Assembly (NCBI GenBank): GCA_019136685.1
Contig: JAGVTS010000124.1
Location: forward strand, 17,460-81,459
Length of the DNA stretch: 64,000 bases
Origin: Bacillota bacterium
Lineage (GTDB): Bacteria > Bacillota > DTU025
Reading direction: 5' to 3'
In this document: piece by piece, positions 27,355-37,685 of the stretch
How the letters are laid out: each line of letters opens with the position of its first letter
Position numbering within the stretch: the first letter of the stretch is position 1
Position numbers and translations under genes: made by a program
Notes under the pieces: model-generated
Seen by the model: only the letters and a program-made list of their open reading frames with translations
Databases searched by the model: none
Told to the model about the DNA's origin: nothing

Positions 27355-27766
27355 GAGCGTCATCGGCGTGGGCGTCGACATCATACGTACTGCGAGATTC
27401 GAGGACATAGCGCTACGCGCGCCGGGCGGGGTGGCTGCGCGCCTGTTTACCGCCAATGAGTTAGCCGACCGCAGGGCCAATGACTGTGAGTACCTAGCCT
27501 CCAGGTTCGCGGCCAAGGAGGCGGTGATGAAGAGCCTGGGCTGCGGTATGGGCGACATGTCCTTTGAAGATATTGAGGTCTACCATCTGGAGAGCGGCGC
27601 GCCCGCAGTCAGGCTCTCGGGCGTTGCTTCTCGTCGGGCGCGCCAGGCCGGTGCTGTGCGTGTGCTGGTGTCGGTGTCGCACGATCGTGACTATGTGTGC
27701 GCGTTCGCCGTCGCATTGGGCAGCGCCGGGGGCGGGGGTGCCGATGATGAGACTTGCGACTCCTGA
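27311..27766 (+). CDS. acpS: holo-[acyl-carrier-protein] synthase
   Basis: IGVGVDIIRTARFE, ...KEAVMKSLG, 4'-phosphopantetheinyl transferase family. True start probably a few codons inside the ORF. Confidence 0.8.
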   Translation: MLRVSQLSFGRNLPESVIGVGVDIIRTARFEDIALRAPGGVAARLFTANELADRRANDCEYLASRFAAKEAVMKSLGCGMGDMSFEDIEVYHLESGAPAVRLSGVASRRARQAGAVRVLVSVSHDRDYVCAFAVALGSAGGGGADDETCDS

Positions 27767-29369
27767 CGAGATTCGGCTGATGGATCGGGCCGCCGCCGAG
27801 CGCTACGGCGTATCGGGGTTGGCTCTGATGGAGAACGCGGGCGCGGCGGTGGCCCGGGTTGCGTTTCGCGTGGCCGCTCGGATGGCTCGAGCTGGTCCGC
27901 GCTGCCGGGGTGAACTGGGGCGTCCTGTGTGTGTATGCATACTTGCGGGTCGCGGCAACAACGGCGGGGATGGTTTCGTAGCCGCGCGTCACTTGGTGGG
28001 GTTCGGCGCGCGAGTCGCTGTCTACATGGTCGGCGACCCTTCCACAACTGCGGGGGATGCCCGCACCAACCTGGACGCGATGGTGAAGTCGGGTATTGGC
28101 GTCGTTCCCCTGTTGGACGAGGGCGCATGGAACGCCGCCCGGGCGGATCTGGCCGCATCCGACGTGACCATCGATGCTATCTTAGGCACCGGAGCGCGCG
28201 GGGCGCCGTCGCCAGAGGCGGCGCGCGCCATATCATCGATGAACGAGTCGCCTGCGCCTGTTGTGGCTGTGGATGTTCCCAGCGGCGTGGACGCCCTGAC
28301 CGGCGCAGTGCCCGGGGAATGCGTGATCGCTCACGCCACAGTCACGTTGGCGTTGGCCAAGACCGGTTTGCTGACGTATCCCGGGGCGTCTTATGTGGGT
28401 CGTCTAGTTCTGGACGGGATCGGCATGCCGCCGATGCTCATTGACTCGAGCGAGATTAGGACGCGTCTGACCACGCCGGACGGTGTACGTGCAGCTCTGC
28501 CCGGGCGACGCCCTGACGCGCATAAGGGCGATTTTGGGCGTGTTCTGATCATCGCCGGCTCGCCCGGAATGTCCGGGGCTCCGTCGCTGGCTGCGATGGG
28601 GGCCTTAAGGTCCGGGGCGGGGCTGGTTCACCTATCGGTTCCTGCCTGCATAGCAGGTGAAGTGAGCGCCCGGCATGCGGAGGTCATGACGCACCCGGCG
28701 CCCGAGGGCGACTTGTCTGCCATACTTGAGATGGCCGCTACTTGTCAGGCAGTAGTCGTTGGCCCGGGAATGTCGTGTTGTGAGCGCACGTCGGCGATTG
28801 TGGATGCGGTGATCTCCGAGGTTCGCACGCCGCTGGTGCTGGATGCCGACGCAGTCAACGTCATGGCAGGTAGGGCTCAGGCGCTCAGGGAGGCAAAGGC
28901 GCCGGTTGTTCTCACTCCTCACCCGGGCGAGCTGGGCAGGCTGCTGGGAGTCGGAGCGGACGAGATTAACCGGGATCGCCTGGGGTGGGCCCGGCGGGCG
29001 GCGATGGAGACAGGCGCCACAGTGGTACTTAAGGGCGCAAGGACGGTTATTGCCGACAAAACCGGGGAGGCGTATGTGAACCCCACCGGGAATTCCGGAA
29101 TGGCCAGCGCCGGAATGGGCGATGTCCTGGCGGGTGTAACAGGGAGTTTGTGTGCCGCGGGTTTGGACAGCCTTGCGGCCGGGTATTGCGCGGCGTACCT
29201 CCACGGCTTAGCAGGGGATTTCGCAGCGCGCGAGCGCGGCGTGGACGGGATGGTCGCCGGCGATGTGCTGGCACAAGTTCCCGAAGCATTTAGGGCGGTG
29301 CGCACGAAGACGGCTATGCTCTGGCGTATGATGCCGATTGCGTATGCGCACACGCTAGAAGGATGGTGA
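27744..29369 (+). CDS. nnr: bifunctional NAD(P)H-hydrate epimerase / ADP-dependent dehydratase
   Basis: YjeF-N (LAGRGNNGGDGFVAARHL) and YjeF-C/carbohydrate kinase (GPG..., GDVLAG) domains. Real start MMRLATPDEIR at 27744; the upstream ORF extension is non-protein-like. Confidence 0.85.
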   Translation: MMRLATPDEIRLMDRAAAERYGVSGLALMENAGAAVARVAFRVAARMARAGPRCRGELGRPVCVCILAGRGNNGGDGFVAARHLVGFGARVAVYMVGDPSTTAGDARTNLDAMVKSGIGVVPLLDEGAWNAARADLAASDVTIDAILGTGARGAPSPEAARAISSMNESPAPVVAVDVPSGVDALTGAVPGECVIAHATVTLALAKTGLLTYPGASYVGRLVLDGIGMPPMLIDSSEIRTRLTTPDGVRAALPGRRPDAHKGDFGRVLIIAGSPGMSGAPSLAAMGALRSGAGLVHLSVPACIAGEVSARHAEVMTHPAPEGDLSAILEMAATCQAVVVGPGMSCCERTSAIVDAVISEVRTPLVLDADAVNVMAGRAQALREAKAPVVLTPHPGELGRLLGVGADEINRDRLGWARRAAMETGATVVLKGARTVIADKTGEAYVNPTGNSGMASAGMGDVLAGVTGSLCAAGLDSLAAGYCAAYLHGLAGDFAARERGVDGMVAGDVLAQVPEAFRAVRTKTAMLWRMMPIAYAHTLEGW

Positions 29370-29399
29370 CCCTAGCTGAAAGAGACCTATCTGCCCGGT

Positions 29400-30512
29400 A
29401 TGCGACCCACTTGGGTCGAGGTAGACACCGGGAGTATTGCAAGGAATATTGAGCGCGTAAGGGCAGCCATCCCCGGCAGGACGCAGATCATGGCGGTGGT
29501 GAAGGCCGACGGATATGGCCACGGAGCTGTTCCGGTGGCGATCGCGGCTCTGAAGTCGGGCGCTACTTTTCTAGGAGTGGCTTTGGTGGAGGAGGGCATC
29601 GCGCTGAGGAGGGCCGGCATCGTTGCGCCCATACTATTCATGGAGGCCCTCTTTCCGTGGCAGGCGCCCGATCTGGTCAGGTATGGCCTAACTGCCACCG
29701 TGGCGTCGTATGAGTCTGCAGACGTGTTGTCAGAATCAGCCGCCTTGCTGGGGCGGAAGGCCAAGGTGCACATTAAGGTGGACACCGGCATGGGCAGGCT
29801 GGGCCTGCCCCCTGAAGCCATTCCCGGGCTGATCAGGTATGTATCAGGGCTGCCGCGACTCGAGATCGAGGGCGTATTCACCCACCTAGCGTGCGCTGAG
29901 AGCGACCCATCCATGACGCGCAGGCAGCTGGGAGTGTTCCGCGACGTCATAGGCAGTCTGGCCGCGGCGGGATATGAGATACCCATCAAGCACGTGGCAA
30001 ACAGCGCAGCAGCGCTGTGCGTTCCGGAAGCCGCCATGGACATGGTCAGGATCGGCGGCGCGATGTACGGGATATCCCCGCTGGGAGCATCTCCGCTGGG
30101 CCAGGGATGGCAACCGGCGCTATCATTCAAGACCAGAGTATCGTATGTCAAACCTGTGCAGGCCGGCGCCACAGTCAGCTATGGAGCGACCTACACTGCT
30201 CCCGCGCCTCAGCTCATTGCCACATTACCGGTGGGTTACGCAGATGGGTACTCCCGCCAGCTATCCGGGCGAGGAGAGGTACTTATCGGGGGTGTACGTT
30301 GCCCCGTGGCAGGGCGGGTCTGCATGGATCAGGTAATGGCGGCGCTGCCTCCCGACGCGGATGTGGAGGTCGGAGACGAGGCGGTGCTTATCGGAGCGCA
30401 AGGCAACGAGGCGATATACGCGGAGGACATTGCGCGAATCATGGGCACCATAGGCTATGAAGTCGTGTGCGCCATCAGCAAGCGGGTACCGCGCGTGTAC
30501 GTGTCGTCGTAG
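29400..30512 (+). CDS. alr: alanine racemase
   Basis: PLP-site AVVKADGYGHGAV, C-terminal beta domain. 370 aa. Bacillus-like acpS-(nnr)-alr order. Confidence 0.9.
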   Translation: MRPTWVEVDTGSIARNIERVRAAIPGRTQIMAVVKADGYGHGAVPVAIAALKSGATFLGVALVEEGIALRRAGIVAPILFMEALFPWQAPDLVRYGLTATVASYESADVLSESAALLGRKAKVHIKVDTGMGRLGLPPEAIPGLIRYVSGLPRLEIEGVFTHLACAESDPSMTRRQLGVFRDVIGSLAAAGYEIPIKHVANSAAALCVPEAAMDMVRIGGAMYGISPLGASPLGQGWQPALSFKTRVSYVKPVQAGATVSYGATYTAPAPQLIATLPVGYADGYSRQLSGRGEVLIGGVRCPVAGRVCMDQVMAALPPDADVEVGDEAVLIGAQGNEAIYAEDIARIMGTIGYEVVCAISKRVPRVYVSS

Positions 30513-30607
30513 CCGTGACGATACACGCCGGGTCACGGGCGAAATACCCACTATCGGGCAGTATCGCCGCAGGTTGACATCACTTTAGGCATACATGTAT
30601 AATTGGC

Positions 30608-30934
30608 ATGCATACGAATATGCGGGGGCACGGACCAGCGCTTCGGGGGTGTATTGCTTTGGCAGAACTCAAGCGCATCATGGTGTCTGTTCCATCTTCT
30701 CTTTTGAGCGAAGTGGACGTTTTTAGCAGGACAATCGGGCTTAATCGAAGCGAGGTCGTGCGCGAAGCTGTAAGGATGTTCATGGCGGAGCACGCCCGAT
30801 CGGAACTGGGCAAGAAGCTGAAAGAGGGCTATGGCGAGATGGCCTCCATTAACTCGCAGATGGCCGATGAATGTGCCGCGGCCGAGGAAGAGGCCTTTGT
30901 CAGGTACGAGCGGTTTCTTGCAGGCGGTGACTGA
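30608..30934 (+). CDS. mazE: ribbon-helix-helix antitoxin (EndoAI/MazE-like)
   Basis: RHH region MVSVPSSLLSEVDVFSRTIGLNRSEVVREAVRMFM. Followed by a MazF-family toxin. Same position as ndoAI in B. subtilis. The true start is probably internal to the ORF. Confidence 0.65.
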   Translation: MHTNMRGHGPALRGCIALAELKRIMVSVPSSLLSEVDVFSRTIGLNRSEVVREAVRMFMAEHARSELGKKLKEGYGEMASINSQMADECAAAEEEAFVRYERFLAGGD

Positions 30935-31286
30935 CTTGGACATCAAGCGCGGGGATGTTTTCTATGCCGATCTCAATCCGGTGGTCGGCTCAGAGCAGGG
31001 CGGGGTCCGCCCTGTGCTGGTGGTTCAAAACGACATCGGCAACCGGTATAGCCCCACTACCATAGTGGCCGCCGTCACCTCCCGAATCAAGCGGGCCAAA
31101 CTGCCGACTCACGTTGAGCTTCCGGCCTCCCAGGGGAACCTTGCTTTTGATTCCGTGGTGCTCATGGAGCAGCTGCGGACGATCGACAGGGCCCGCCTGC
31201 TCCAGCATGTTTGCACTCTCGATGGCGATACCATGAGAAAGGTGAATCGTGCGGCTGAGATCAGCCTAGGGCTGATCGATATCTGA
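30927..31286 (+). CDS. mazF: MazF/EndoA (PemK family) endoribonuclease toxin
   Basis: KRGDVFYADLNPVVGSEQGGVRPVLVVQNDIGNRYSPTTIVAAVTS is near-identical in pattern to EndoA. GTG 30927 or TTG 30936 start overlaps the antitoxin stop. Confidence 0.85.
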   Translation: MTDLDIKRGDVFYADLNPVVGSEQGGVRPVLVVQNDIGNRYSPTTIVAAVTSRIKRAKLPTHVELPASQGNLAFDSVVLMEQLRTIDRARLLQHVCTLDGDTMRKVNRAAEISLGLIDI

Positions 31287-31321
31287 TACTGCCCGGCAGT
31301 GCAAGCCCTGCCGGGATAGGT

Positions 31322-32068
31322 GTGTTGTGGGGTGGTTTTTCGGTGCGTCCGCTCGTTATTGTCTCTGCCGACTGCGATAATGAGTCGAGCGATTCGATTA
31401 AGCTCCAGGCAGACTACGCGCGAGCCGTCTACGCGGCCGGCGGGCTCCCTCTAGTTGCGGTTCCTTCTATGGAGTGCGGCGACACGACTGAGGCAGTTGC
31501 TGAGCTGTGCTCTCTGGCGCGGGGGCTGGTGCTCACCGGCGGGCCCGACATCCTTCCCGGTCTGTTCGGCGAAGAACCCCACCCGAAGCTGGGCTCAGTC
31601 AACCCTGTGAGGGACCAGTTCGAACTGGCCTTAGCTCGGGCAGCCATGCAGGCTGATCTGCCTACGCTCGCGATCTGCAGGGGCATGCAGATACTGAACG
31701 TGGCGGCAGGGGGCGGGCTGATCCAAGATATCGAGTCGTGCGTTCCAGGCGCTCACGCGCACAGGATGGCAGCCCCGCGATGGCTTCCAACGCATTCGAT
31801 ATCAGTAGTCCCTGGCTCGATTCTGTGCAGAGTGTTCGGGCGCGATTCGGCCATGGTGAACAGCTTCCACCACCAGGCCGTGCACCCCGTGGCGCCCGGT
31901 TTCGAAGTCGCAGCCCGGGCCGGCGACGGTGTTGTCGAGGCCATAGAAAAGGCTGAAAGTCGGTTCATGGTGGGCGTCCAATGGCATCCCGAGGCTCTGG
32001 CCGGCAGGAGCCCGGAAGCCCTCAACCTATTCAGGGAATTCGTAATCGCTGCGCAAGGAGTGTGCTGA
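31322..32068 (+). CDS. class I glutamine amidotransferase-like protein (gamma-glutamyl-GABA hydrolase / peptidase C26 family)
   Basis: Catalytic-triad context LAICRGMQILNVAAGG ... FHHQAV ... QWHPE. Confidence 0.7.
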   Translation: MLWGGFSVRPLVIVSADCDNESSDSIKLQADYARAVYAAGGLPLVAVPSMECGDTTEAVAELCSLARGLVLTGGPDILPGLFGEEPHPKLGSVNPVRDQFELALARAAMQADLPTLAICRGMQILNVAAGGGLIQDIESCVPGAHAHRMAAPRWLPTHSISVVPGSILCRVFGRDSAMVNSFHHQAVHPVAPGFEVAARAGDGVVEAIEKAESRFMVGVQWHPEALAGRSPEALNLFREFVIAAQGVC

Positions 32069-32069
32069 A

Positions 32070-33128
32070 TTGCATTCGATGTCGCAAGCGCTGGTCTCGC
32101 TCCACAGGGGCGAGCTGGTTGAGAGTGTGCACAGAGGGCACGTCGCTGTGGCGGATGTCAGTGGAAAGCTGCTCCGGTGGGCCGGAGATCCGCAGGTTGT
32201 GACTTACTTTCGATCCTCTGCAAAGCCCATTCAGGTACTTCCGATAATCGCGTCGGGCGCGGTGGACCGGTACGGGATCACCCAGGCTGAGCTGGCGGTG
32301 ATGGCTGCGTCCCATCGCGGAGAAGATATCCATGTGGAGGCCGTCGCGAGCATACTGGGCAAGATAGGGCTGACTGAATCTGCGCTGATGTGCGGAACCC
32401 ATGCACCATCATGCGTGTGGCCTCCGGAACGCGCCTCGGCGAGGTCGGGCCAGGCGGCCCACCGGATCCGGTCCGGTATTCCATTTAGCCCGATTTTCAA
32501 CAACTGTTCCGGAAAGCATGCCGGGATGCTCATGTATGCGATGGATAGGGGCTACTCCAGTGATGATTACATGTCCCCGGACAGCCGGGTGCAGCAGGAT
32601 ATGTGGCAGGCCGTATCGGACGTGGCGGGTCTACCCCGCGAAGAGGTTGTACGCGGGATAGACGGGTGCGGGGTGGTTGTGTTTGGAATGCCGCTGTCGG
32701 GCATGGCCCGTGCATATGCCAGGATGTCGTCGCCGGAATCACTTCCGGCGGAGTTCACGGAACCGGCTAGGCGGATTGTGCGCGCCATGACGGATCATCC
32801 TGAGATGGTGGGCGGATCGGGCGACTTCGGAACCAACCTTATGCTGGCAGCGCGGGGCGCCCTATTCTGCAAGGGAGGGGCCGAGGGGCTCTTCTGCCTG
32901 GGTATCCCCGGGAAGGGCTTGGGCGTGGCTATCAAAATCGAGGACGGTGGAGCGAGGGCTATTCCATCAACTGTCATGGAGATTCTGCGCGTGTTGGGGG
33001 CTATTACCCCCGAAATGGCAGGCGTGCGCGAACTCGCCATTGAACGGCCTGTGCGCAACTGTAGGGGCGAAGTGGTTGGCTACATGCGCCCATGCTTCGA
33101 ACTGGAAGAGCCTCTGATAGCCATTTGA
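32070..33128 (+). CDS. asparaginase (L-asparaginase II family, Pfam Asparaginase_II-like)
   Basis: N-terminal LHRGELVESVHRGHVAVAD...FRSSAKPIQ pattern typical of the Rhizobium-type asparaginase II family. 352 aa. Confidence 0.65.
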   Translation: MHSMSQALVSLHRGELVESVHRGHVAVADVSGKLLRWAGDPQVVTYFRSSAKPIQVLPIIASGAVDRYGITQAELAVMAASHRGEDIHVEAVASILGKIGLTESALMCGTHAPSCVWPPERASARSGQAAHRIRSGIPFSPIFNNCSGKHAGMLMYAMDRGYSSDDYMSPDSRVQQDMWQAVSDVAGLPREEVVRGIDGCGVVVFGMPLSGMARAYARMSSPESLPAEFTEPARRIVRAMTDHPEMVGGSGDFGTNLMLAARGALFCKGGAEGLFCLGIPGKGLGVAIKIEDGGARAIPSTVMEILRVLGAITPEMAGVRELAIERPVRNCRGEVVGYMRPCFELEEPLIAI

Positions 33129-33171
33129 CCGGGCGCGAGCCGGTCAAGTATAATCATAAAGGTAAAGATAT

Positions 33172-33643
33172 CATGACTGAAACCGTTAGAATCATGTCGC
33201 ACTCGCCTGCCGAGACCATCGCCATAGGCTGTGGCCTCGGCAAACTGCTTCAGCCCGGCGATATTCTGTGCCTCGCAGGGGGGCTGGGTGCAGGGAAGAC
33301 TTGCCTTGCCAGGGGTGTAGCCATGGGGTTGGGCGCGGATGAAGCGCGTGTGTCGAGCCCTACGTTCGTGCTCGCCCAGGAGTACCGCGGGAGAATCCCC
33401 ATGTACCACCTGGACTTGTACAGGCTGAGGTCTGCCGAGGAGGTTGAGGACGCGGGGCTCGACGAGTATATCGGCCTCGACGGGGTGGCAGTCATCGAAT
33501 GGCCGGACGTCTACGGTCCACTGCTGAATATGGATCGGCTCACCGTGGACATCGCGACGACTGCTGCCTTCGAGCGTGAGTTGATCCTGGCTGCGCGAGG
33601 CGACAGATACATACGCATCCTGGAGGAGATGAGGCCGTGTTGA
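33172..33643 (+). CDS. tsaE: tRNA threonylcarbamoyladenosine biosynthesis protein TsaE
   Basis: P-loop LAGGLGAGKTCLARG, SPTFVL, YHLDLYRL. ATG 33172 is internal to the longer ORF. Confidence 0.85.
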
Positions 33644-34392
33644 TCCTGGCGATGGATACGTCGACCATGGTCGGAGGCGTCGCCCTGCTCAAGGATGGGG
33701 TTATCGTTGGCGAGCACATTCTGAACGTTCGGGCGACCCACTCTGAGCGACTGATGTCATCAGTGGAAGCACTGATGACAGCGGCGGGCGTCAACCCGGG
33801 CGACCTCGGAGCGATAGCATGCGGCGTTGGACCAGGGTCATTCACCGGTGTCCGTATCGGTGTGTCTGCGTGTAAGGCAATGGCATACGCTCTCTCAATA
33901 CCCATAGTATCAGTGCCGTCCCTCGATGCGCTGGCGTACGGGCGCGGCAGAGGGGCGTGCGAGGTGTGGTGCCTTGTCGACGCCCGGCACGGCAGGTGCT
34001 ATTCGGCTTCGTTCGTGCCGCCCGCGTCGGGCCACACCTGGGCCCCCGAAAGAGGGTCGGCCTGCGCTATCAGGCATGTTAGCGAAGTCGCGGCCCTTTC
34101 TCGTGAAACGGCGTGGGCGTCGCCGTCATCAGCATCGAGCGAGAGTGACCGCCGGGCTCGGGTGCTTTTCCTCGGAGACGGTGCCCTGAAGTACGCCGAG
34201 TCGATCCGCGCAGGACTACCTGACGCGGCAGAGATTCCGCCCGCGCCCATGGCCATATTGCGGCCGTCGCAAGTTGGCCTACTGGGAATGGATCTGCTCC
34301 GCGCGGGGGCAGCAGATGACCCTGCCGGCGTAGTTCCCATGTACCTGAGGCCCTCGGAGGCAGAAGTGAGGCTCGCTGAGGGGGAGCGGTGA
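33637..34392 (+). CDS. tsaB: tRNA threonylcarbamoyladenosine biosynthesis protein TsaB
   Basis: MLILAMDTSTMVGGVALL (YeaZ N-terminus), inactive Kae1-like fold. Overlaps tsaE end. Confidence 0.85.
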   Translation: MLILAMDTSTMVGGVALLKDGVIVGEHILNVRATHSERLMSSVEALMTAAGVNPGDLGAIACGVGPGSFTGVRIGVSACKAMAYALSIPIVSVPSLDALAYGRGRGACEVWCLVDARHGRCYSASFVPPASGHTWAPERGSACAIRHVSEVAALSRETAWASPSSASSESDRRARVLFLGDGALKYAESIRAGLPDAAEIPPAPMAILRPSQVGLLGMDLLRAGAADDPAGVVPMYLRPSEAEVRLAEGER

Positions 34393-34396
34393 TAGG

Positions 34397-34894
34397 ATGG
34401 AATACACGGTATCGCTCATGACCCTCGCCGATGTAGATGATGTGGCCGAGATTGAGAGGCAGTCTTTTCCGATCCCGTGGAGCCGGGCTGCGTTTGTTGA
34501 CGAGCTCACCCGAAATGAGCGGGCTCTTTATATCGTAATCCGGGACGAATCGGGAACGATGGCGGGTTACGGCGGCATGTGGTTGGTGTGCGAGGAAGCT
34601 CACGTGACCAACATAGCAGTCCGCTCCGACCGCCGCCGCCAGGGGGCAGGCATGGCAATAATGGTTGGACTGATAGGGCTGGCTCAATCGAAGGGAGCAA
34701 GCAGGATGACCTTGGAGGTGCGCGTCTCAAACCGGCCGGCGCAGGAACTCTATCGAAAGCTAGGGTTTGTTCCGGCTGGAGTGAGGCGTCGTTACTATAT
34801 GGACAACCGGGAAGACGCGCTCATTATGTGGCTTGACGACATGTCCGGCGCCTTGCGCGCGCTTGATGGGAGGCAGGACGCGGATGCAGAATGA
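34397..34894 (+). CDS. rimI: ribosomal-protein-alanine N-acetyltransferase
   Basis: GNAT motifs (RRQGAGMAI, ...LEVRVSN...A..LY.K.GF). tsaB-rimI-tsaD context. Confidence 0.8.
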   Translation: MEYTVSLMTLADVDDVAEIERQSFPIPWSRAAFVDELTRNERALYIVIRDESGTMAGYGGMWLVCEEAHVTNIAVRSDRRRQGAGMAIMVGLIGLAQSKGASRMTLEVRVSNRPAQELYRKLGFVPAGVRRRYYMDNREDALIMWLDDMSGALRALDGRQDADAE

Positions 34895-35936
34895 GCGAGG
34901 CATCGTTCTCGGGATCGAGACCAGCTGCGACGAGACGGCCGCGGCCTGTGTCGCACGGGGGCGCAACATGCTGTCATCGGTGGTGTCGTCGCAGATAGAA
35001 GTGCACCGCAAGTTTGGAGGGGTCGTGCCCGAGATCGCCTCGCGTCGCCACGTGGAAGCGATCATCCCAGTAATCGACCAGGCTCTGAACGAAGCTGAAG
35101 TCACGCTGGCCGGGATTGATGCCGTGGCGGTTACCTACGGGCCTGGCCTGGTAGGCGCTTTGCTTGTGGGGCTTGCGGCGGCAAAGGGGCTGGCATTCGC
35201 AGCCGACATCCCCTTGGTGTGCGTCAACCACATTGAGGGGCACATCTACGCGAACTTTCTGGCTCATGCAGAGCTGGATCCGCCTGTGTTGTGCCTGACT
35301 GTGTCGGGGGGCCATACTGAACTTGTGGCGATGCACGGGCACGGACGATACGAGGTGCTTGGCCGCACGCGCGACGATGCGGCTGGAGAGGCTTTCGACA
35401 AGGTTGCCAGGGTGATGGGGCTTCCGTATCCGGGCGGTCCGGCGCTGGAGAATCTAGCGCGATCAGGCGACCCTAACGCAATCGAGTTTCCCCGTGCCCG
35501 GGTGGAGGGAAGGCCGCTCGACTTCAGTTTCAGCGGGCTCAAGACAGCCGTCATAAACTACCTACATACGTCGGAGCAGAAAGGCGCCCGGATCGACTAT
35601 CCGGACGTCGCTGCAGGGTTTCAGAGGGCAGCCGTGGACGAGCTAGTGTCGAGGATCGGACCATGCGTGCGCGCCACGGGTATCCGTAAGCTTGCAGTGT
35701 CGGGCGGAGTAGCGGCCAACGGGGCACTAAGGGCAGCCTTAGGCGGCCTTGTGGCCGAGCTGGGAATCGAAGTATTCTGCCCTCCGCTGCCGCTATGCAC
35801 TGACAATGCAGCCATGATAGCTTCGGCCGGTTACTATGGGCTGGCCGGCGGGCGGATGTCCGGGCTTGATGCTAACGCAGTGCCGGGAGCAAGGCTCGAG
35901 GACGTTTCGTCGGAAGGATACGGCAGCCTATCGTAG
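34884..35936 (+). CDS. tsaD: tRNA N6-adenosine threonylcarbamoyltransferase
   Basis: GIETSCDETAAA, HIEGH metal site, GGVAAN. ATG 34884 overlaps rimI end. Confidence 0.9.
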   Translation: MQNERGIVLGIETSCDETAAACVARGRNMLSSVVSSQIEVHRKFGGVVPEIASRRHVEAIIPVIDQALNEAEVTLAGIDAVAVTYGPGLVGALLVGLAAAKGLAFAADIPLVCVNHIEGHIYANFLAHAELDPPVLCLTVSGGHTELVAMHGHGRYEVLGRTRDDAAGEAFDKVARVMGLPYPGGPALENLARSGDPNAIEFPRARVEGRPLDFSFSGLKTAVINYLHTSEQKGARIDYPDVAAGFQRAAVDELVSRIGPCVRATGIRKLAVSGGVAANGALRAALGGLVAELGIEVFCPPLPLCTDNAAMIASAGYYGLAGGRMSGLDANAVPGARLEDVSSEGYGSLS

Positions 35937-35982
35937 AATTACACTGAGTGTGGGCGCTTGGAGTGCCTGAGGAGTATGGATT

Positions 35983-36867
35983 ATGTCGCACGTTTCCGAT
36001 GAATCAGGCAATGCTCGAAACCCGCGTCGTTGGCGTGGGCTCGTAGCTGCAATAGTGATACTTGTCGTTGTCGCCGGAGCGCTGCTCGGCGCGGCGCTGT
36101 GGTATGTCCGCTTTCCGGGCGAGGGATCGTACTTCAGCGTATTGCTAGTGGGCGAAGATCGCGACTACGCAAGGAACGGGGAGGCCATCGCCTCCGCGGG
36201 CAGGATGGATGCCATCATGCTGCTCATTGTGCCGCGACGTGACAAGGCGGCGCTTCTCGTGTCGATTCCCCGCGACAGCCTCGTCAGGTTCCCCGGCGGT
36301 GGTCGACGCAGGATCAATTCCGCCACGGCCACAGGCGGGATGGATCTGGCGCGCCAGGTCGTGTCCGAGCTTGTGGGGCTGGACGTGCACAGGCATGCGT
36401 CAGTCAACTTCGCCGGATTCATCGAGATCGTGGATGCCGTGGGCGGGGTTGACATAACCGTTGATCGGCGGATGAAATACACCGACCACGCCGGAGGGTA
36501 CTCTATCGACCTAGAGCCCGGCGCGTACCATATGGATGGCGAAATGGCCCTGAGTTACGTGAGATACCGCTACGATGCCCTGGGCGACATTTCGCGCACC
36601 GCCCGTCAGCAGGAGTTCTTCCGGGCGCTCCTGGATGAGCTGGCAAGCTGGCGGGGGATTCGATCCATTGAGAAGATCGTGAAAATCGCCCAGGATAACA
36701 CCAACACCGACCTGTCTGTGCGCGAGATGGCCGCCGTGGGATGGCGCTTGCGCAGGCTCGACTCAAGCGCTCTTCAGTCAACCACGCTTCCCGGCCACTT
36801 CAAGGGTGCGTACTGGGAACCCGATTATGAGGCTATACATGCGCTGGTAGAGCCGCTGGGCCGGTGA
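35983..36867 (+). CDS. LCP family (LytR-CpsA-Psr) cell-envelope phosphotransferase
   Basis: N-terminal TM anchor. LCP motifs DAIMLLIVP...LVSIPRDS, INSA, VNFAGF..VDAVGGV. Confidence 0.8.
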   Translation: MSHVSDESGNARNPRRWRGLVAAIVILVVVAGALLGAALWYVRFPGEGSYFSVLLVGEDRDYARNGEAIASAGRMDAIMLLIVPRRDKAALLVSIPRDSLVRFPGGGRRRINSATATGGMDLARQVVSELVGLDVHRHASVNFAGFIEIVDAVGGVDITVDRRMKYTDHAGGYSIDLEPGAYHMDGEMALSYVRYRYDALGDISRTARQQEFFRALLDELASWRGIRSIEKIVKIAQDNTNTDLSVREMAAVGWRLRRLDSSALQSTTLPGHFKGAYWEPDYEAIHALVEPLGR

Positions 36868-36911
36868 TTTGTCCTAGTTCATAGCTCAGACTAGCTGAAA
36901 GGGGAGTCGCA

Positions 36912-37655
36912 ATGCGAGTCGACGTATCCCTGATTCCAGGTGAAGTTGCTGCGAAAGATGTATCAAATGCTGCGGTAGTCGTAATCGATGTCCTACGGGC
37001 CAGCAGTACAGTTACTACAGCGTTGGCGAATTCGTGCGAGGAAGTCATTCCGGCGGAGAGCATAGAAGAGGCCATAACCCTTGCCAGCGGTTATTCCAGA
37101 CCCGACTACGTGTTGGGGGGAGAGCGGCGTGGGCTTGCGGTCGATGGGTTCGACCTCGGCAATTCGCCCGGCGAGTACTCCGAGGCGAGAGTGGCCGGTA
37201 AGAAGGTGATCCTGGCAACTACCAACGGCACTCGCGCTGTGAAACAGTACGGGGGCGCCCGAGAGATAGTCGTGGCCTGCTTCCTCAACGCCGGCGCTGT
37301 GCTTCACATGCTTGCGACTGCGGAGGACCGTGACGTACTGCTGCTGTGCGCAGGCCAGGACGGACGTTTCAGCATTGAAGACGCCCTGTGCGCAGGCTTG
37401 TACGCATCCGAGTTGGCTCAGTTGTCAGGGGCGGCGCTTTCTGACTCGGCCCGCGCCGCGGCGGCAATCTACGAGCATCGCAGAGGCTCCATTGAGGATG
37501 CGCTGACAGAGTCGGAGCATGGCACGTATCTTGCCAGTATCGGGTTTCTGGATGATGTCAGGTACTGCGCTCGTCAGTCAGTGCTGGACGTGATCCCGAA
37601 GGTCTATGACCGGAGGGTCATCAGAAGGGCTCGTTTGGGGCCCGGGGAGTCATGA
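36912..37655 (+). CDS. comB: 2-phosphosulfolactate phosphatase family protein
   Basis: VVVIDVLRASSTVTTAL, full-length ComB-like. Confidence 0.75.
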   Translation: MRVDVSLIPGEVAAKDVSNAAVVVIDVLRASSTVTTALANSCEEVIPAESIEEAITLASGYSRPDYVLGGERRGLAVDGFDLGNSPGEYSEARVAGKKVILATTNGTRAVKQYGGAREIVVACFLNAGAVLHMLATAEDRDVLLLCAGQDGRFSIEDALCAGLYASELAQLSGAALSDSARAAAAIYEHRRGSIEDALTESEHGTYLASIGFLDDVRYCARQSVLDVIPKVYDRRVIRRARLGPGES

Positions 37656-37685
37656 ACCTCGCGCCTTGGGCCGGGGGTTGGAGGA

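Noticed and set aside
27564-27743. N-terminal extension of the nnr ORF (start 27564 in ORF track)
   Set aside because: The upstream 60 codons (MKILRSTIWRAARPQSGSRALLL...) are not protein-like and lie inside acpS in another frame. A clean ATG with YjeF-N sequence begins at 27744.
30017-30460. 147-aa alternative-frame ORF inside alr
   Set aside because: Embedded in the well-supported alanine racemase gene. Arg/Gly-rich artefact.
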